A DNA stretch of 64,000 nucleotides from the human T2T-CHM13v2.0 reference genome, Homo sapiens, in NCBI RefSeq assembly GCF_009914755.1, contig NC_060928.1; one strand, given 5' to 3'. Of the stretch, positions 56,302 to 64,000 are shown one piece after another; position 1 is the first letter of the stretch, and each line of letters opens with the position of its first letter. The notes beneath the pieces are model-generated. The model was not told where the DNA came from and did not search any database. It was given only the letters and a program-made list of their open reading frames with translations. The translations under genes were made by a program, and so were the position numbers.

Positions 56302-56596
56302 AAGAGATGTGGTCTCACTGAGTCACTGAGGTTGGAGTGTAGTGGTACAATCATAGCTCCCTGCAGCCTCAAACTCCTGAGCTCAAGTGGTCCTCCTACC
56401 TCAGCCTCCTTAGTAACTAGGACTGTAGGCCTATGCCACCGTGACTGGTTAATTTTATTATTATTATTATTATTACTTGAGAAATGGAGCCTCACTGTGT
56501 TACCCAGGCTGCTCTCAAACTCCCAGCCTCAAGCAATCTTCCCTCCTCAGCCTCCTAAAGCACTGGGATTAAAGGCATGAACCACCATGCCTGGCC
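56302..56596 (-). mobile_element. Alu (AluJ-type) with almost no tail, abutting the L1 5' TSD
   Basis: Antisense dimer with (TTA)n linker. Distal TSD copy CATTGCCAGGTTTT at 56597-56610. Confidence 0.92.
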
Positions 56597-57069
56597 CATT
56601 GCCAGGTTTTATAAAAAAATATATTGCAGTTGAATCATGATTTTTGGCTTCAGTACCTCGATGAATGGTGAGGTCATATTCTGACATGGGGAAGAGGAGT
56701 AGAAGCAGTCTGTGAATGTCTAACTTTGGTGTCTAGGAAGACAGTTGTTTCCTTACTAGAGAGAGAACACACAATAGGGAAAAATTAGGGGTAAAGAGAG
56801 ATGAGTCAATATTTGGATATACCAAATTAGTTCTCCATGGATCTATTGAGTATAAGCCCTTTGGAATTCGATTTTTCAAAGCTTTTTATCTTGCAGGTAA
56901 ATGATTTAATATTCACAGAATGTAGTGACCTACTCTATTTACATTGTTTTACATTTCAGACCTAGTTTTCGTGTCTAGTTCTTTTGACTCAGGTGGTCAG
57001 TATTCTGTTCATTTTAATATAGTTACCTCCCTACTTGACATACAGATTGACATATTTTGCCATAATAGT

Positions 57070-57400
57070 AAATAGTGCCTAACATTTATTGAGGATTGTT
57101 TTATTTCAGGCATTATGCCAAGCCATTTTTACTCTTATTAATAATATTTCATTGATAAGTATAATTAAAATCATAGTACCTAATGTTATCAAATACTTAC
57201 AACATGACTTTTCACTGTCAAGCAATTTGCATATATTATATACTGTGCTTTTAATAATCATCCTATTAGGTAGTGGTGTTATTCTCATTTTACAGATTGG
57301 AAAATTTACACTTGAAGAGGTTATGTAACTTGCAGAGATTACACAGCTTGTTGGGGGCAGAGCAGGATTTAACTCCATAATAGTTGTTGCACTCAACCAG
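57070..57400 (-). mobile_element. MIR relic
   Basis: taacatttattgag… and ctcattttacagattggaaaatt…gaggttatgtaacttgc…acacagct core. Confidence 0.7.
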
Positions 57401-60400
57401 TGCACATTGCTCTCTTCAAAACAGTCCTTAAGAGGGTGTGTTGGCTTGGTGGAGGAGAGGGAGTAGACTGGAGACAGTTGTGCTTGGAAACTGGAAATGT
57501 GACACTGACAGTCTGTCTGGAGGTCAGGGCTAAACTGGCTGATGATTTAGATGTCACACTTATGTACATTAAGTTGGGAATTGAAATCATGTGTTTGGGC
57601 TCTGTTTATGAGAGAGATTAGAGATGAAGAGAAGATGACTACAGTCAGAATCTGGGTGCCAAATAATAAGATTGAGCAACCATGAAAGTAGGAGGACTAT
57701 CAGGAGATTTCAGTGACAAAGAATGCAGTAGAGATGAGAGTTTTCAAAACAAAGAAGATGGCTAAATTCTCTGGTGTTACAAGAAAAGCCCATTAGGCTT
57801 GGTAACTAGCAGGTCATTGGAGGCCTCTTAGGAGCCTAGTTTTTAATCAAATGGCAGTTGTAGAAGGCACAGGAAATAGGGCTCATGAATAGATGCTATT
57901 TATATTTGGAGAGAGATTCCACTGGAGAGGGTAATCTTGAAGAATCATGAGGTAGATAAACTATGCAATGAAGCCTGATATTGGAAGCTATGGGAAACAA
58001 TAGAATGTAAACCTCTAGAGGAAGAGTTAACTGCACATAGGAAGCACTAAAGAAAAAGTGAAATTAATGAAGATTAGCAAAAAAACAGGAATAAAGTGAA
58101 ATTGGGAAAATCTCATGGATAATCTCAGTACTCTCAGCCAAGTGTATGTCTAAGTCATCAGCATGATTTTGTGTGATATTTTTGCCAAATACCACACATA
58201 TCCTAAGAATCAATTTCCTAGAAGATAAGATTATTAAAATTTAAATCCAGCTGCCAAAAAGATAAGCTACCTAAAAGAGAAACAAGGCCAAATAAAACTA
58301 CCCACCTATATAGATGCCTGATAGAAATGTAACCTGTAATGTTGTATCCTAAGTGAGTGTAAGGAGACAGGTGGACTTACTGTATGTAAACTTGTGAAGT
58401 CTAAATTTTCTCTTATATGTTTGCTCATCCTATGTGCTTATTTTTCTTGCTGATGATCTTTGGTTGGATTCTTCCAAGTACACAGTATTCACCTTCATGC
58501 AAAATAAGAACAGATTGTGTAGTCAGTTTAAAAAAACAGTTAACACTTATTTAGCACTAATTCTGTTTCAGGTACTGTTCTAATGTCTTACACATAATCA
58601 CTTATTATTCTCACCTGCCATATGATTTGGATATTATTTTTATGCACATGTTGCAGATGACGAAAATGAAATATAGAATTTACATATTGTTGATGTATTA
58701 GCTGTTGGCATTTTGTTATAATTAATTTAAACAAAATTATGATAATCACTTTAAAACTATTAACCATTAACTTGACCTTTGTAAAGGTAATCTATCTCAG
58801 ATCTCTTTTTTTAATGAGAATGTTTAAATGAGAATAATTATAGAAAATAACTCTTGTCATTGTGAATTGAATTAGATAGTACATATAAAAATCTAAAAAA
58901 GTTTTAAGCACAAGCAAATATTGAATCAGTGTGAATTAATAATAATAGGTAAAACGTGGGTTTAAAACTTGAAGTCTTTATTTCTCTGTGCACTAATAGA
59001 ATGAACTAACAAATTCCTTGATCAAAAGTAAAAATGTAAAAATTCTCATATTTTTTTCAGTTTAGAAAGTGCAATTATAGCAGATAGATGCACAAAGTAA
59101 ACCAAATTCAAGACCTAGAGAGCTAAAAGGTGTTCTTTTTCTCTACAAGCTATCTACTTCACTGTGAAAATAAAGTGCTACCTTTTGTAAAACACAGTTT
59201 TTCAAGCAAGTAGACAAATGTTGCATTGGAAAGTAAGGCTCTATCTGTGTCCATATCAAGTCTATTCTTCTGGCTCAGAAAGTAAAAACAAACAAAAAGC
59301 TATGGTATTTTGGAAGGTGGAGTGTGGTAAGGTGGCAAAGGGATAAGTTGGTGAAAGGTTTAGGTGTACAAAGTATGAACCAGTTTCTCTCAGGCTTATG
59401 TTCTTTTTGCCTCAGGAAGCTCATTTTGACATATCCCCTCACAGACTATTACCCATTTCCTTCTGAGTGTGAAGCAGAAAGCCTTCCCTTTATTAACTTG
59501 CTTCCCTGTAGGCTGTTCCTAACTGAAATATTGACATTTATGTGTTTTACATGCTCTGATCACAATAAATGCTAATGTTTTATCAATATTTAATAATTAT
59601 GATAGCAGAACTCATATAATGTACTCAGATGCCTTCCTCCTGTATCATTTCTGTATCTGATAATGACATAATGACATTTTCAGCAAATAAGTATATAAAA
59701 ATTAGTCTTAATGCTTGTACTTATCCCACTCTATGTAAAAGTTAATGTAACATAATGGATTAAGTGTTTTTCAATTAGAAAATAATTTTTAAAACTTATC
59801 CTTTTTTAAATGAGCGTAGCAGTATCCTAAACAGTATTATAGAAGTCTAAAAAAAAAGTTAAGACATCAAAACCCTAACAGTGGTGGAAAGTCACTTGAA
59901 CAGTGACAAGAAGAGTCCAATGAGTCATAAATAAGCTAAATTAATTCAGAAGCTGCAGGGTGCTGCAGAGATGTGGTTGGTACCTTTTGACCTGTGACCA
60001 AAAAAAATTCATTTTTTTCTTCTATGGTTTATGGAGATAGCCTTGTGGGATTCTTATCAATTGAAGTTACAATATTCAGTACTTGAATATAAACATGGTG
60101 GATTAGAGTCTGTTAGAAACAGTGACTTAGATAAGCGTGTTAATATTTTAGGTCACTAGACAACCACCTAATTGAATAGTATAAAACAATTTGTGTCTTT
60201 GTCCAGGGAGTAAGAAACCATGGAAATTATTCACATATGTCACAACTCCAAGATTATTTTTATTCCTGTGTTTGTTTCAGTTTATCATGTTTTTACACAT
60301 TTTGAAAGAAGAGATGCATATAATTATTTTCAACTTTTTTGTCACTTATTTTAGCATTATTTTATTTACATTCAAATAAAATAATCTTTAAATTTATGCT

Positions 60401-63260
60401 TTCTTATACATATATGTTTATGTTTTTCTGACATTGTTAGTTTATGATGCTAAATTTAAGCATTGCATTGTTAAAGGCAGGTAAATATGACAGAGTGCTT
60501 TTAATGTAATAAGTGGGGATAATAAATGTTTCGTAATACCTATATTGGCAGTGGAGCAGATAGCTTATGTAGAAATAGAACGCCATTCTTAAATAGGTCA
60601 GAATTAGCTCTTTAGGCCTTGAATTTGGTTTACTTTGTGCATCTATGTGCTATAAATTCACATTACAAACTGAAGAAAGTATGGGAATTTTTACATTTTT
60701 ACTTTTGATCACGAAATTTGTTAGTTTATTCTGTTAGTGTAGAGAGAAAAAAGACTACTTTGAGTTATAAACCCACATTTTTTACCTATTATTATTAATT
60801 CACACTGATTCACTATTTGATTTGTGCTTAAAACATTTTTAGATTTTTTTACATGTAGTATCTAATTTAATTCACAACAATGACAAGAGGTATTTTCTAT
60901 TGTTATTCTCATTTAAAAATAAGAGATCTGAGATAGGAGATTAACTTTACAAAGGTCACTAAGATGTCAAGGAAATGAGGTGTAGATTATTATAAATGCT
61001 CTAACTTTTTCCAGATTTGCTCCCCAAAGAAGGTTGGAAGTACTACATTAATGACATTGTACCAGCTGACTTTCTAGATTTGTAGTAATAAAGTGGGAAT
61101 GAAGTGGGGTTGGGAGGAGTGTATTCACTAAAAATACCTTCTTTGTTGGCTTTGGCATACTGAAAAGAGAAACATTTCTTTTGAGATAAATTTTCTAGCC
61201 ATTTCTGCTAGATACCTCCTTTTGGCAAGTGTTGAATTTGGATGCACTCTGTTTCAGTTTTTATAGCTGGGTGTTTGCTGCTGTCTTGGGTCATGTTTGT
61301 CAGGGGTTGACAAGCACTTTAGGATGTTGTGCAGCTTCAGGCAACAGCAGGCTCCCTGGAAATCATGACTGCTTCTTTTAACCTCATAGTTCTCAAAATT
61401 CCGTGGCTTATGAGAACCTACATGAAAGCCTGCCATGTCACACATTTAATAAGGGTTTTTTTTCAAATCATTAAGGAAAATAATAGCTACAATTTCCTAC
61501 ATTCTTAAGGTTTTTTTTTTTTCTTCAAATTTTGGCTTCTACTGTTACTTGTCTATCGCAGAATTGATTTTAGATGTTACATTTATATTTTAGAACAAAA
61601 TTTATTTTTAGTTATTTAAGATATGAAGATAATCGCAAACATTTTAAAGTTTAAGGAATAGTAATTTTTTCTTTAACTGCTGTTGGACAAAAAAGAATCT
61701 GTACTTGTGTTGCTGGGCTTTTGAGATCTTTTTTGATAGTCAGGATAATATATAGGTATGCTGAAGTAGCACAGATAGTAGATTGAGTTACATAAGAAAG
61801 GACACACAGCTAACTGAATATTTTTAAAGGTGGATTAAAAAGAATAGATCCATAAAAAGAATCTAAAGTAGCAGATCCAGAAATAAAGCGAAGAGGAAAA
61901 TTAGAGTTGTCTAGACTTCCTACAGAAAGGGAGAGAAAAGAGAAATTGTGAAGCAGCTACTGTGTTGAATGAGACTTTGTCTAAAGAGTGTGTTTTGGAT
62001 ATTTTGGTCATTGTTATATAGAAATCTGTATATAGTGAGCACCCACCCATACCCATAGACTACTCTCCCCAAATACACTTTGCTACCTTTTGACAAAACT
62101 TGAATGTTTTTGAATTTTTTTTGAATCTTTTAGACTTGGATTGGTGTTCTGTGGATATGATAGCATACAGAAATGGGCCAGAAGGCAGGATAATGAGGAA
62201 CAAAGGAGTATTGATGGTGGTTTTTACCAAATCAAAAAGACATATAGATATTTCATGATTTGAACTTGTTGAAAATCACTGATGACATTTCTATCTTTTT
62301 CTGGATTCTAATCCTAAACTCTTAAGGCTGAACCTGTGATCTACTTGGCATTGTTTTTGAAGACCTAGAATTTTAACCTTAGTGTAATGCTTATGCTTCA
62401 TTAGTTGATAGAAGCTTCTCTGATACCAGTTGTGCCAAATATTAAGTTTCACTATACACAATAGCTGGTGTTATGCCTGTCATTGGAAGTAAATGAAGGA
62501 CTGTGTGCTTTAAATATTACTAAAACTGTTCTAAATCCTCTAAAGAATAGGAAAACAATTGATTCATGTTCTTCAAAAGGATTTTAATGTAACTGCTGAT
62601 TTGGTGATGAGCATACCCAAAATGTTTAGTTTGGGGAATGTGGTGTCAATTGGAATTCTTGAAACTACACTAGTATTATCCTATTACTGAGTCATTCCTT
62701 TGAGGGTGGCTTAGAATTAAACCATCTTGGAAAGGAGAAGACATTATATCCTCTTTCATTTATTTGTTCAACAAACATTAAATTGTTACTCTTATTGGGC
62801 AGTGTGTTAGTTTTCATAGATACAACAATAAATAAGAACTCTCTTTGACTTCATGGATTATATTATCTATTGGAAAAGACAGATGTGTAAATAGATTATA
62901 ATTACATGTTTCTGTGATAATGGTATACACATGTCATACATACTAAGAAGGAAGCATAGGACAATAATCTGAGAGTTGTTTTAACCTAAAAAGACTAATT
63001 GTCACAGGGAGGAAATCTGCATGGTGAGAATTGATGGGGTTGAAAATTTTGCAGTGAAGTATGAGGCAAGCTGTGTTTAAAAAGCAGAAATGTAATATGG
63101 AAGGTGAGATGATAAACCAGGAATGAGTGAAACCAGAGGATCATTACTTCAGTAATAAAATCTCTAGGGAAAACTAGGTTAAAGCTGGGGATGTTGTCTT
63201 CTGGAATTTAAGAATAGAAGTTAATGTATGAGTTCACATATATAACTCATATTCCAACTA

Positions 63261-63613
63261 TAGACGGTCCCTAACTTAAGATGGTTTCACTTAACAATAT
63301 TTCGACTTTATGATGGTGCGAAAGTGATACGAACTGAGTAGAAACCATACTTTGAACACCCACACAACCATTGTTTTCCACTTTCAGTACAGTATTTAAT
63401 AAATTGCATGAGCTATTCAAACGTTACTATAAAAGAGGCTTTGTGTTAGGTAATTTTGTCTAACTGTAGGCTAATGAGCATGTTTAGGTGTGCTTGGCTA
63501 AGCTCTATGGATGTTAGGTTAAAGGTTGTATATATCAAATGCATTTCCAACTTAGATATTTTCAACTTAATGGTGAGTTTATCAGGGCACAACCCAATCA
63601 TAAGGAGCATACT
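63261..63613 (-). mobile_element. MER47A-like TcMar-Tigger MITE
   Basis: TA|tagacggtccctaacttaagatggttt…ttcgactttatgatggtgcgaaag…gagcat matches the recalled MER47A consensus in reverse. Confidence 0.85.
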
Positions 63614-64000
63614 TTAGTGTTGTGTAATAGCAACACTAAAATAGTGACATAGAGTAAAAAAGTAGGTACATGGTCTTAGATAAGACAGTATACCATATAC
63701 TTGACATAATTTTTTTTGGAAATAGCACCCTCAAGGAGGTATTTTGTTTATATTATTAAAAGCTTATAGCATTTAAAAATTAATTAAGGGGAGAATAATT
63801 ATCAGATTTTTACTCTTTAGCTAATGTCATTCGTATAATAAAATGCCTATATAAGTTTAAGGAGTATAATTCAATTAAGCCTTCTTTCTGTGGTTTTGAA
63901 AATAATTTTTACAATGATAATCAGCTGCAGCAAAAACAGATCTAAGGCAAAAATACCAAATTGTATTAGAATAGTCAAATTTCAGATATTTTTATTGCAA

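Overview
Primate (human or great-ape-like) AT-rich genomic DNA with no intact host protein-coding exon. The centre (~24.5-25.8 kb) is a CpG-island promoter on the + strand with a TATAAA box at 24610 and an apparently non-coding first exon ending at a splice donor at 25078/25079. Everything downstream looks like the start of a very long first intron. From memory, unverified, the exon end resembles exon 1 of CCSER1/FAM190A (4q22). The rest is transposon-derived. Upstream, a deleted ERV-L provirus (10499-14323, 5-bp TSD) sits in an L2 tail and carries a Tigger3b and a palindromic TA-rich tract. The intron holds a full-length antisense L1PA3/4-type LINE-1 (50126-56284; ORF1 open, ORF2 broken), many Alus, MIR/L2 relics, MaLR LTRs and DNA-transposon fossils. 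I found no convincing new protein-coding system. The most unusual signals are: (1) two mirror-image (GC)n(AC)n Z-DNA-type tracts forming a 34-bp perfect inverted repeat centred on the first exon; (2) a 24-aa uORF plus a G-quadruplex in that exon; (3) the L1 antisense promoter pointing along the host gene; (4) a transposon-bounded deletion in the provirus; (5) reuse of one insertion site by an Alu and then an L1. Repeat subfamily names come from recalled consensus features, not from a database search.
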